A model generated the notes under the pieces. It saw nothing but the letters and a program-made list of their open reading frames with translations, ran no database searches and was not told the DNA's origin. A stretch of 64,000 nt of DNA from an uncultured Nitrospiraceae bacterium (GTDB taxonomy: Bacteria; Nitrospirota; Nitrospiria; Nitrospirales; Nitrospiraceae). This document shows, one piece after another, positions 46,169 through 55,603 of the stretch (positions within the stretch are counted from its first letter, which is position 1; every line of letters begins with the position of its first letter). Location of the stretch: contig CAWJWJ010000002.1 of assembly GCA_963846575.1 (NCBI GenBank), positions 1,728,001-1,792,000 of the forward strand, read 5' to 3'. A program made the position numbers and the translations under genes.

Positions 46169-48295
46169 ATGACTCAAGCTCGTCCCGTCATACTGGTCAT
46201 CGATGACGATCCCGTCACACGGCTCTTCGTCCGAAGCGCCCTGGAACCGGCCGGGATGGTCGTGGAAGAGGCACCGGGAGGGCATGAGGCGGTGGCGATG
46301 TTCGACAGCCTCAAACCCGACCTGCTCGTGCTGGATCTCACGATGCCGGAGATGGACGGCTGTCTGACCTGCTCCCGGATCCGTTCACTCCCGCGCGGAA
46401 AGCGCGTTCCTATCCTGATCCTTACGGGATTGGACGACGCGAGTTCCATCGCTCGAGCCTATCAACACGGTGCCACCGACTTCATCAACAAGCCGGTCAA
46501 TCCGACCATTCTCTGCCACCATATCCGATACATGCTCAGAACCAGCAATGTGCTGCACGCGCTCCTCCGAAGCGAAGCGCGGTTGGAATTGGCACAACGC
46601 ATCGCGCGCATCGGCAATTGGGATTGGAACCCCAGGACGAATCGCGTCGCCATGTCCAACGAACTCTGCCGTCTGGTCGGCATTCTTCCCCCCAATTTTT
46701 CCGGCACCTTTCAGGCCTTTCTGGGCCTCGTCCATCAGGACGACCGCGCGGGCGTGGAGGAGGCGCTGATGGAACTCATCAGTCACGGAACGCCCTGCGA
46801 TATTGACCATCGCATTGTGCTGCCCGACGGAACGGACTTCACGGCCCACCTACAGGCCGAGGGGGTGCGGGAGGAGGAGTCAGGGGAGCTGACGGTTGTC
46901 GGCACGGCCCAGGATATCACCGAACGCAAACAGGCGGAACAGGCCATCCACCGCCTCGCGTATTATGACAGCTTGACCGGCCTCGCCAATCGTGTGCTGT
47001 TCAAGGATCGGTTATCCAATTCGCTGTCCTATGCCGACCGCCACCATCTGCACCTCGCTACATTGTTTATCGACTTGGATCGATTCAAGGTCATCAACGA
47101 TACCCTGGGGCATACGGTCGGAGATCTCCTGCTCACGCATGTCGCGGAACGGCTCAGTGATTCCGTGCGCCAGAGCGACTCGGTCGGCCGCCATGCCGAC
47201 CATGAACCCTCACATGCGCTCGCCCGCCTTGGCGGAGACGAATTCACCATTCTCCTGACGACGCTGCCGCGCCCGGAAGATGCCGGGAGGGTGGCTCGTC
47301 GAATCCTTGATTCGCTAGCCCATCCGTTTAACATCGACGGACACGAAATCTTTATATCGGCCAGCATCGGCATTTCCATCTTTCCATCGGACGGCACGAC
47401 CGTGGAAGCGTTGTTGAAAAACGCCGACACCGCGATGTACCACGCCAAGGAGCAAGGCCGGAATAATTGCCAATTTTATTCGTCCGGCCTGAATGCCGCC
47501 GCAGGCGAGCGGCTGGAGCTCGAGAGCGATCTCCGGCGCGCATTGGAGCGCCAGGAATTCGTCGTCTACTATCAGCCCAAGCTGAATATTCATTCCCGTA
47601 GAATATTGGGCGCGGAGGCATTGGTGCGGTGGAATCATCCCAAACGCGGTCTTGTGCCTCCAGGGGTGTTTCTGAATGCGGCGATCGATACGGGGCTGAT
47701 CCGCTCGATGGACGAGTGGGTCCTGCGAGAGGCCTGCCGTCAAGTGAAGGCCTGGGAACAGGATGGGCTTCCGGCTATCACCGTGTCCGCGAATGTTTCG
47801 AATTCGTTGTTCCACGGACGGACGTTGCCGGGAACCGTGGCCGATGCCCTTCGCGACTCTGGGCTCAATCCCTCTCAGCTTGAACTCGAATTGACGGAGT
47901 CCATCGCCATGCGCGACGTCGAAGCCTCCGTCACGATGCTTGAAGGACTCCGCACGATGGGCGTGCGCTTGTCGATCGACGACTTCGGGACCGGTTATTC
48001 ATCCCTGAGCTACCTCCAGCGATTCCCCCTCAGCCGGTTGAAAATCGATCAGTCGTTTGTCAGAGACCTGCTGACGAACGAAAACAACGTCAAGATCACC
48101 AGGGCCATCATCGCAATGGCACACAGTCTGAATCTCTCGGTCTTGGCCGAAGGCGTAGAAACGGATGCGCAGTTGGCTCGATTGCGGCAGGAAGGATGCG
48201 ATGAAGTTCAGGGGTACTTATTCAGCCGTCCGGTCAGCGCCTCGGATTTCGAAGCCCTTCTCAGGAGCGATGCCGGTGCCCGTACAGCAGCGTGA
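46169..48295 (+). CDS. REC-PAS-GGDEF-EAL diguanylate cyclase/phosphodiesterase
   Basis: IDDD..DLTMP receiver, [25 protein letters not shown] and EGVE motifs. Confidence 0.95.
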   Translation: MTQARPVILVIDDDPVTRLFVRSALEPAGMVVEEAPGGHEAVAMFDSLKPDLLVLDLTMPEMDGCLTCSRIRSLPRGKRVPILILTGLDDASSIARAYQHGATDFINKPVNPTILCHHIRYMLRTSNVLHALLRSEARLELAQRIARIGNWDWNPRTNRVAMSNELCRLVGILPPNFSGTFQAFLGLVHQDDRAGVEEALMELISHGTPCDIDHRIVLPDGTDFTAHLQAEGVREEESGELTVVGTAQDITERKQAEQAIHRLAYYDSLTGLANRVLFKDRLSNSLSYADRHHLHLATLFIDLDRFKVINDTLGHTVGDLLLTHVAERLSDSVRQSDSVGRHADHEPSHALARLGGDEFTILLTTLPRPEDAGRVARRILDSLAHPFNIDGHEIFISASIGISIFPSDGTTVEALLKNADTAMYHAKEQGRNNCQFYSSGLNAAAGERLELESDLRRALERQEFVVYYQPKLNIHSRRILGAEALVRWNHPKRGLVPPGVFLNAAIDTGLIRSMDEWVLREACRQVKAWEQDGLPAITVSANVSNSLFHGRTLPGTVADALRDSGLNPSQLELELTESIAMRDVEASVTMLEGLRTMGVRLSIDDFGTGYSSLSYLQRFPLSRLKIDQSFVRDLLTNENNVKITRAIIAMAHSLNLSVLAEGVETDAQLARLRQEGCDEVQGYLFSRPVSASDFEALLRSDAGARTAA

Positions 48296-49967
48296 CATTG
48301 ATTCGCCGGTTGCTCAGCCCTTCCTTGAAGGTAATGTCATCGGTTTCGTGAAACAGATCTGAGTTGAAGAGCACCGCTCGATTGGCCCGATAGGGTATTT
48401 TGATTTCCTGGGCGCCCTGTTGAGTCAGCCATTCGTAAATCTTGCCCCGGTTCATGTCGCTATTGTAGGTCTTGAAGTCCCAGTCCTGCGGGGCTTCCTT
48501 GTCCCAGACCACCAGCCCTCCGCTCTCAGGTCTCAGATTCGCATCGTCGGGGGTAATCCAGAAATTGACGTTGACCGCCGCGGCATCGGCATGGATATTC
48601 AATCCGCGCCTACCGCTGTCGTGTTTGAACGCCCAGGCCTGCGTCAGACGATGCTCGCCGAAGATACGCGGCAACCGCCGCCGTAGCTCCTCTGCAATTT
48701 GCAGCAACAGGGGAGAAGCGAACCCGTCGCCGAGAAAGGCCCCGATGTACCCGTTTTCATAATCCTTCTTCCAGATCGTCGAGGCCCAGCAGAAATGCCG
48801 TAACCGCCGCAAGGCTTCATCCGACAGCAAGCCATCGATAAAGGTCACTTCCGGCTGCCTGGCGTGGTATCGGGCCTCGATCTCCGCCACGTCAAGATCT
48901 CTGCTGAGCGCGCCTTCGGCTACCACCTCACAGGGTGCGACATAAATCAGTCGATTATACGAAGCCGCGATCGTCTGCAGATCCTCAGGCGCCACCGCCA
49001 CGCGGTTTGGAGCCGCTTCCATGCCCGCTGCGGCAGGCTCGACCATTGCCTTCACCCGTTCCAACGCGTGAGAGTACGGACGCCAGGCGTCCCCCGCGAG
49101 ACCAGCCTCCAGGAGATAGTGGAGTTGTTCGGCATCATGCTTGAGGCGGGAGCGGAACACCGTCGCATCTGTGACCGGCCGGCCGTGATCATGTTTGGCT
49201 TGGGCTGTGGCCGCAAAACAACGCAAGGCGAGAAGAGGATCCTCATGCCATATCCCGGCGATCCCGAGATTATAGCGGGCCGTGGCATACCCTGGCTGAT
49301 GTTGAAGCGCCCGCTCAAAACAGCCGATGGCGTCGGCCACACGACCTTGCTCCATCAAGACGAGACCCAGGTTGTTCTGCGCCTCCACATGAGTCGGCTT
49401 GAGTGCGATGGCCCGACGGTAGGCCTCCGCGGCAGCCTCCAGCCGGCCCTGCGCCTTCAGCACGACGCCGAGATTGTTCTGGGCTTCGACATGATCCGGT
49501 TTGATGACGAGCGCCTGCTCATACGCCGATTGCGCAGCCTCCAGCCGTCCCATCTCTTGGTAGACATTGCCGAGGTTCGTACGAGGTTCGAGATAACGCG
49601 GATTGAGCTGAATCGCCTGATTGTAGGATTGGATCGCTTCGTCAAGCAGGCCGGCGCGCTGCAGCACGACGCCGTGATTGAACCAATAGACGGGATTGCG
49701 AGGGCCTGCCGCACAGGCCTGTGACAGCCACCCGATGGCATGTTTCAGGTCGCCCCGCCGATAGGTCAGCAGTCCCAACCCATGCAACGCATCAGGCTGA
49801 GCCGGTACGCGCTCCAGAATCAGGCGATACCCTCGCTCCGCTTCATCCCAGCGGCCGCCCTGGTGATGCGTCTGCGCGTCGCGGAGGAGTGCGGGCATCG
49901 CGACCCCGGCCGCTCCGGCTTTCCTCGCGAGCAGCTTTTCCTCGCGACGGCGCTCCTCGCGATTCAC
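48261..49967 (-). CDS. TPR repeat protein with C-terminal 2OG-Fe(II) oxygenase-like domain
   Basis: About 7 TPRs (NNLG repeats); HAD...FH facial triad and RINVTLLY in a DSBH-like C-terminus. Confidence 0.8.
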   Translation of the reverse strand: MNREERRREEKLLARKAGAAGVAMPALLRDAQTHHQGGRWDEAERGYRLILERVPAQPDALHGLGLLTYRRGDLKHAIGWLSQACAAGPRNPVYWFNHGVVLQRAGLLDEAIQSYNQAIQLNPRYLEPRTNLGNVYQEMGRLEAAQSAYEQALVIKPDHVEAQNNLGVVLKAQGRLEAAAEAYRRAIALKPTHVEAQNNLGLVLMEQGRVADAIGCFERALQHQPGYATARYNLGIAGIWHEDPLLALRCFAATAQAKHDHGRPVTDATVFRSRLKHDAEQLHYLLEAGLAGDAWRPYSHALERVKAMVEPAAAGMEAAPNRVAVAPEDLQTIAASYNRLIYVAPCEVVAEGALSRDLDVAEIEARYHARQPEVTFIDGLLSDEALRRLRHFCWASTIWKKDYENGYIGAFLGDGFASPLLLQIAEELRRRLPRIFGEHRLTQAWAFKHDSGRRGLNIHADAAAVNVNFWITPDDANLRPESGGLVVWDKEAPQDWDFKTYNSDMNRGKIYEWLTQQGAQEIKIPYRANRAVLFNSDLFHETDDITFKEGLSNRRINVTLLYGHRHRS

Positions 49968-50057
49968 AGTGACTCCTCCACCAGCGGCGTAACCGGCCGG
50001 TTCAGAGAGTATCGTACCTGCGGGGTCGGGGTCAAAGCAGAATAGGGCAGGGACCGC

Positions 50058-51479
50058 TCAGGCGGCCTCGGCGGTGCTGTGACGCTTGCGTCGCTGACCG
50101 AGAATATCGAGTGCCGCCACCCGATAGGCCTCGGCAAAGGTAGGAAAGCTGAAAATGGTATCGATAAACCGATCGATGGTGGCCCCATCTTGTAATGCCA
50201 TCTGTCCGAGATGGATCAACTCGGTGGCATCCTCTCCGACGATCTGCACGCCTAATAGCCGGTCCCCGGAGGGATCGGCCACGAGTTTCAGGAGACCGTC
50301 GCATGCACCGGTGATCTGGCCCTTGGCAATTTCCATGAAATGCGCCCGGCCGATCAGCGGGCTATGGTAGCGGGCATTGGCCTGCTCCTCATTCAGCCCG
50401 ATGGAGGCCATCTCCGGAATGGTATAGATCCCGACCGGCACTTGATGGCTCGAATCGCCCACCGGAAGACCAAGCGCGTAACTCACCGCGCGACGGCCTT
50501 CTTCCATTGCCTGGGACGCGAGGGCCGGGGGTCGTCCCAGCATGTCACCGGCTGCAAAAATATGGGGCACCAGGGTTTGCCCGCATTCGTTGACGGGGAG
50601 GTGCCCCTTCGCGTCCAGCGCCAATCCCGCCGCTTCGAGGTGTAGCTCCTCCACATTCGGCTGCCGGCCCATTGCCACCAGCATCTTTTCACTTTTGACC
50701 GCCATCCCGTTTTCAAGCCGCGCCACGACGGCGGACACGCCGTCCCAGGCCACCTCGGTCACGCTCTGCCCGACATAAAACCGGCCGCCCTGTCGTTCGA
50801 AGCTGCGCATGAAGACTTCCACGACCTCTTTATCCAGAAAGGACAGCGGTCTGGGGGCCCTGTCGATGAGCGTAACTTCGACCCCGAGCAATGCGAACGT
50901 CGAGGCATATTCACAAGCAATGACGCCCCCGCCCAGGATCGTCAACGAGCGAGGCAGATAGATCATCGACAGAATGGAATCGCTATCGAGGACATGTTCG
51001 TGATCGATCGGAATCTCCGGGATCGAACGTGGTCGCGAGCCCGTCGCCAGCACGATGGTGTCCGCCAGCAACGTCTGACAGGGGCCATCCACCGCCTCGA
51101 GCTGGACCTCATGCGGCGACAGCAGCCGGGCACGGCCATGCCGGAAGGTGACGCCGTTGCGCGCGAGTTGACTCGCCATATAACACTCATGCGCCTTGAC
51201 CACTTCATCCAATCGATGGAGAAGCACGGACATCGGAAGGTCAAGCCGGAGCCGCCCTTCAAATACCTCCGTCGACCGCTTCAGTCGCTCGAACTGCAGC
51301 GCCGTTTCTCGGAGCGTTTTGCTGGGAATGGTTCCGCGGTAGACGCAGTTGCCGCCGATGCCCTGTTCCTGCTCGATCAACACCACGCGTTTGCCGGCCT
51401 TGGCGCCTTGAATGGCAGCCTTCTGACCGGCAGGACCGCTTCCAACCACGACAATGTCATAGGCAGAGGCCGACATCAT
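50058..51479 (-). CDS. sthA: soluble pyridine nucleotide transhydrogenase
   Basis: GSGPAG, GGNCVYRGTIPSKTLRE, GGGVIACEYAS, GIYTIPE and FPTFAEAYRVAA motifs. Confidence 0.88.
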   Translation of the reverse strand: MMSASAYDIVVVGSGPAGQKAAIQGAKAGKRVVLIEQEQGIGGNCVYRGTIPSKTLRETALQFERLKRSTEVFEGRLRLDLPMSVLLHRLDEVVKAHECYMASQLARNGVTFRHGRARLLSPHEVQLEAVDGPCQTLLADTIVLATGSRPRSIPEIPIDHEHVLDSDSILSMIYLPRSLTILGGGVIACEYASTFALLGVEVTLIDRAPRPLSFLDKEVVEVFMRSFERQGGRFYVGQSVTEVAWDGVSAVVARLENGMAVKSEKMLVAMGRQPNVEELHLEAAGLALDAKGHLPVNECGQTLVPHIFAAGDMLGRPPALASQAMEEGRRAVSYALGLPVGDSSHQVPVGIYTIPEMASIGLNEEQANARYHSPLIGRAHFMEIAKGQITGACDGLLKLVADPSGDRLLGVQIVGEDATELIHLGQMALQDGATIDRFIDTIFSFPTFAEAYRVAALDILGQRRKRHSTAEAA

Positions 51480-52345
51480 AACGGCATGGCCTCCACAACC
51501 TTGCGCACTTGCTCCTTGAGAGCCAATAAGGCATCGATATCCTTGGGGTACAAATTCAAGTCGGCGAATACCGCATGGTCACGCACCGTCGCCTCGTCAA
51601 ACCCCTCTGGATCGAGAAAATGCCGTGCCAATCGATCAGCCAGGCAGGTTGTCATACACTCCTGTTTGGCAGCTTTGGCGTAATTATAATTGCTATGGAA
51701 GCCAATTGATTCCACCACCGGCGGCGGCAGGCCCCAGTCTTCGGCCACCAGCAGGCCCACTTGGGTGTGATACCCATCCAGCAACTGGAACAGGAGTTCG
51801 CGCGACAGGGAACTGGCTTTATCCTTTGCCAACGCGACGATGGTCTGCAACACGACCGGTTTGCCGATGCCATGCAAAAGACCGCACAGGTAGGCGCTTT
51901 CGACGTTGAAGCGCCGCATGCGCGCAATTTCCTTGGCATAGGCCCCGCTGGCCAGGGAATGCTGCCACAGGCGTTTGACGTCGGCATCCCATCCGGGAAC
52001 CTTGAACGCACTGCCCTTGATCGACGCAGAAAACGCCAATTCCGACATCAAGTTCATCCCCAGCAACGACACCGCATGTTGAAGAGAGACGACCGGATTG
52101 CGGGTCATATAGGCCGGGGAGTTGGCAATGCGGATCACATGGGCCGCAAGGGCCTGGTCCTGATGGATGAGTGCCGCCAGTTTGGCCGCCTCCGCATCCG
52201 GGTCGTAGACCATGCTCAAGATCCGTGAGGCCACCTGCGGCAGCAGCGGCAGCTCTATAGCTCCCTTTTGAATACGTTCGATCAGAAGTGGTTCCAGCAG
52301 TTCAATGGATGCCGCGTCCGTCGACTGAGGAAGTTTCGCGCTCAT
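51476..52345 (-). CDS. HDOD domain protein
   Basis: LPLLP, DQALAAHVIRIANSP, WQHS, GLLHGIGK and WGLP motifs. Confidence 0.9.
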   Translation of the reverse strand: MSAKLPQSTDAASIELLEPLLIERIQKGAIELPLLPQVASRILSMVYDPDAEAAKLAALIHQDQALAAHVIRIANSPAYMTRNPVVSLQHAVSLLGMNLMSELAFSASIKGSAFKVPGWDADVKRLWQHSLASGAYAKEIARMRRFNVESAYLCGLLHGIGKPVVLQTIVALAKDKASSLSRELLFQLLDGYHTQVGLLVAEDWGLPPPVVESIGFHSNYNYAKAAKQECMTTCLADRLARHFLDPEGFDEATVRDHAVFADLNLYPKDIDALLALKEQVRKVVEAMPL

Positions 52346-52392
52346 AGACTCACACATATATAAGGGTGGATAGATGTCTGCGTTGTAGATCC

Positions 52393-52420
52393 TTGTCGGC
52401 TTCTTCGGCGAAAAACCTTA
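52393..52420 (-). promoter_or_regulatory. sigma28 (FliA)-like promoter for HDOD-sthA-TPR
   Basis: TAAGGTTT-N12-GCCGACAA on the minus strand. Confidence 0.5.
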
Positions 52421-52529
52421 ACCGCAGCTCCCTCAGGGGTCCAGGACAACCCGTTGTTGATGAATGGTATAATGGCCCTTTCCTAAAACGGGATGTCTCC
52501 GCGCATCCGAACCTAGAAGGAGTGAGCCT

Positions 52530-52976
52530 ATGATCCTGGGGAGAATCCTGCTGCTGCTCTGGGTACAAGGAACCTGTCTGACAATCATCCCATGGACAGG
52601 ACAAGCCGGCGAGCCGCCACAGCCCTCGACAACCGACAGAATGGTACGAGACTCCAGAGACGCCTTCGAGGCGACCAAACAGTACACCCTCCAGCAAAAA
52701 GAGACGTTCCAGCAAACCGTCCAGGTAGAACTGAACGAGTTGCAGATAAAGATCGCGGAACTCCGGAAAAGAGCCAGTGCCGCCTCCGTGGAGGCCAGGG
52801 GAGAGTTGCAGAAGGCCATTCAGGAGCTTGAGAAAAAGAAGGACGCGGCCAGGAAGAAACTCGAAGAGTTGCATGCATCGACCAGCTCAGCCTGGAGCAT
52901 CATGAGAGACGGCATGACCGCCGCGGTGGAAGATTTGAAAAAAAGCTATAAGGAGGCAGTCTCAAAGCTGCCTTAG
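52530..52976 (+). CDS. exported coiled-coil protein
   Basis: AAGGAG SD, signal peptide, amphipathic helices. Confidence 0.7.
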   Translation: MILGRILLLLWVQGTCLTIIPWTGQAGEPPQPSTTDRMVRDSRDAFEATKQYTLQQKETFQQTVQVELNELQIKIAELRKRASAASVEARGELQKAIQELEKKKDAARKKLEELHASTSSAWSIMRDGMTAAVEDLKKSYKEAVSKLP

Positions 52977-53182
52977 CAGGCCTGCCTTACGGAAGGGGAC
53001 CATCCGGCTAATCAGGAGATCAGGGCACTGCCGGTAGGCAGACAGCAACGCAGAATACCCTGTATCGTCCTTATCATCCATGGAACCGCCAACGATCCGC
53101 CGCGTCAGCTTCTCGCTGTTCATCACGGGGCGAAATACGGTATGGTTGGCGACAGAAGCTCGAGCGAGAGGCGACGGAACCG

Positions 53183-54079
53183 ATGCCGCTAAAATTTGCC
53201 CTCTACCCCGGATGCGCCGCCAAGGGCGCCACCCCGGAACTGTACCAATCCACCATGGCCATCATCGGCCGCCTGGGAATCGAGGTGGTCGAACTCGCCG
53301 CCTCATCCTGCTGCGGGGCGGGAGTGATCGGCGAGGCTGATCCCGATGTGGCACTGGCCCTGAACGCGAGAAACTTTGCGCAGGCCGAGCGGCTGGGGCT
53401 GGATGTCATGACCATCTGCGGCACCTGCCAGGGAGTCATGAGTGCGGCCAACCGGCGACTCAAAACCGAGCCGGGCACACTGGAGCGGATCAATCACATG
53501 CTCGAGCAGGACGGGATCGCCTACCATGGCGGCGTGCAGGTCAAACATCTCCTTTGGATTGCCGTACGGGATATCGGTCTCACGCATGTCACGGAGACGG
53601 TGCGGACTCCTTTTCGAGACTTTCGCATTGCCCCGTTCTATGGGTGTTACATGTTGCGGCCCTCCTGGGAACTCGGATTTGACGATCCCGAAAATCCTAC
53701 CTCACTGGAACAGATCATTCGCGCCGTCGGAGGGGAACCGGTCGCCTATGCGGGACGGACGAAATGCTGCGGCTTCCCCATCATCCTGGAGAAGGAGGCC
53801 ATCGCCGTCGCCATGGCCGGGACGAATATGAAGGACGCGCGCGATCACGGCGCCGACTTCATGGTGACACCCTGTCCGCTCTGTCACATGAGCCTGGATA
53901 TCTACCAGGAACGCGCCGGCCGCGCCGTCAAGACTGCCCTCAATCTGCCCATTCTCCATCTTCCGCAGCTGCTCGGACTCGCCATGGGCATTCCCGCACA
54001 GGATCTGGGGCTCTCGCGTCACCTGATCCCGGTCGACAGCATCCTCTCCCGCATGCCACGACGAGAACCGTCTCGATAA
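53183..54079 (+). CDS. HdrB-like CCG-domain protein (SdhE-type membrane-associated subunit)
   Basis: YPGC..SCCG..CGTC; YGC..KCCG..CPLC. Confidence 0.88.
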   Translation: MPLKFALYPGCAAKGATPELYQSTMAIIGRLGIEVVELAASSCCGAGVIGEADPDVALALNARNFAQAERLGLDVMTICGTCQGVMSAANRRLKTEPGTLERINHMLEQDGIAYHGGVQVKHLLWIAVRDIGLTHVTETVRTPFRDFRIAPFYGCYMLRPSWELGFDDPENPTSLEQIIRAVGGEPVAYAGRTKCCGFPIILEKEAIAVAMAGTNMKDARDHGADFMVTPCPLCHMSLDIYQERAGRAVKTALNLPILHLPQLLGLAMGIPAQDLGLSRHLIPVDSILSRMPRREPSR

Positions 54080-54102
54080 CCTTTGCCATCGGAGCCGACG
54101 AC

Positions 54103-54417
54103 ATGAAAGTGATTGCATTGTCCGACTTTCAGCAGTTCAGCCAGGAAAAGATGAAGAAGAACAATCTGTTCGAAACGACACGGTTTTTCTGCGACATTTA
54201 TTGTTTCGAACCGGGCCAGGAACAGAAGGGTCACATTCACGGCGAACAGGACAAAGTCTATATCGTGCTGGAGGGGCAGGGGACGTTCCAGGTCGGACCG
54301 GAAAGGCGGGTCTTGGTGACCGGCCAGGGCACGATGGCTCCTGCCGGCGAGGAACACGGGGTGAAAAACCATACCGGCGAGCGACTCAAGGTGCTCGTAT
54401 TCGTCGCCCCTAATTAA
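54103..54417 (+). CDS. cupin domain protein
   Basis: HIH..QDK..LEGQG..PAGEEHG cupin motifs. Confidence 0.85.
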   Translation: MKVIALSDFQQFSQEKMKKNNLFETTRFFCDIYCFEPGQEQKGHIHGEQDKVYIVLEGQGTFQVGPERRVLVTGQGTMAPAGEEHGVKNHTGERLKVLVFVAPN

Positions 54418-54482
54418 TCATAGAGCCTGATTGACGACGATCCGTTGACTGCGGCCCCGTTGGCGCCACCGCCCGATGGTTC

Positions 54483-54674
54483 TCACAACTCAAACGTACC
54501 CGGCGGTTCAGGGCCGCCGGGGAGGGGCTTCCCAAACCGCCCGAGATGTCCAGACGGCGTATTTTCGAAGCCGACGCCGATGATGACATCCCATTCCACT
54601 GCCGTCATCTTGATCCCCCTGGGGCTTGGCTTGCACGGACACGCCCTACCGGCCAGCACACTCACTGTCTTCAT
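54483..54674 (-). CDS. small hypothetical protein (63 aa) with CPC motif
   Basis: MKTVSVLAGRACPCKPSPRG...; co-oriented downstream of the Crp/Fnr gene. Confidence 0.5.
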   Translation of the reverse strand: MKTVSVLAGRACPCKPSPRGIKMTAVEWDVIIGVGFENTPSGHLGRFGKPLPGGPEPPGTFEL

Positions 54675-54874
54675 CGGCCGCCTGCTCAGGTCCTCTTCCC
54701 TCGCTCTGGCGCCCTGCCTGCTTTCGCAGCCTGCCTTGTGGTTGAAACAGCGCTTGTGCATGCCCGCTCAACGCGTTCATAGCACGTAAGTCTGCACCGG
54801 ATGCAGCCTGCAGTCCGGCATGAGTGCTACAGATCAGGTGTCATGTCTAGCAAACTGGTGCTTAGGCGAGACCC

Positions 54875-55603
54875 TTACGTGGTAGCGAGTAGTTTGAGTC
54901 GTGGGAGGTCGCGTATGAGGAGGCGGGCGGCGGTGCCGGATACCAGGCGATTCTTCTTGAAGCGCGCCATGATCCGGATGGCGGTTTCAGTCGTCACTCC
55001 GACCATATTCGCCATATCCTGGCGCGTCAGGCGAACGGACAAGCGGATGCCGCCGGGGTCCTGCACGCCGCTGCGTTCGGCCAGACTCACCAGCAGGGAA
55101 GCCAGCCGTTGGTCGGCGCTATCCAGCGCCAGAATCTTGGCTTTCTCCTGTGCTTCATTAAGGCGGTTACCCAGATAGCGGATGACTTCCATCGCGGCAT
55201 CGGGATTACGCCGCAACATCTTGAAATACGCTTCCTTCTTCATCCGCAGCACGCTCACGTCGCCCATCGGCTGCGCCGTTCCCGGGTGGGAGGCTCCGTC
55301 AAAGGCCGAGGCGTCGCAACAAAAGAGATCGCCCGGCATGAGCACCTTCAGTGTGCATTCCTTCCCGTCGAGGGAAGACTTGACGCACTTCACGGACCCT
55401 TCCTTGACGATATGAAAGTATTCGGTGGGGTCCCCTTCGCGAAAAATATACTGGCCCTTCGCGTAGCGGGTTTCCGTCATTTCGCCCAGGATCTGCTGGC
55501 GATCCTGGGCACTGAGGATCTTGAGGAGGGGAATCTGGTTCAGTCCAAGCGGAAGACCGGCAGTGGACTGGTCAGCGGAGGGCCGCTTTGGCCGCTTCGA
55601 CAA
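54875..55603 (-). CDS. Crp/Fnr family transcriptional regulator
   Basis: IFREGDP cNMP-like domain, HTH LTRQDMANMVGVTTETAIR. TTG 55603 with upstream GGAG chosen as start; overlaps the tkt 3' end. Confidence 0.9.
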   Translation of the reverse strand: MSKRPKRPSADQSTAGLPLGLNQIPLLKILSAQDRQQILGEMTETRYAKGQYIFREGDPTEYFHIVKEGSVKCVKSSLDGKECTLKVLMPGDLFCCDASAFDGASHPGTAQPMGDVSVLRMKKEAYFKMLRRNPDAAMEVIRYLGNRLNEAQEKAKILALDSADQRLASLLVSLAERSGVQDPGGIRLSVRLTRQDMANMVGVTTETAIRIMARFKKNRLVSGTAARLLIRDLPRLKLLATT

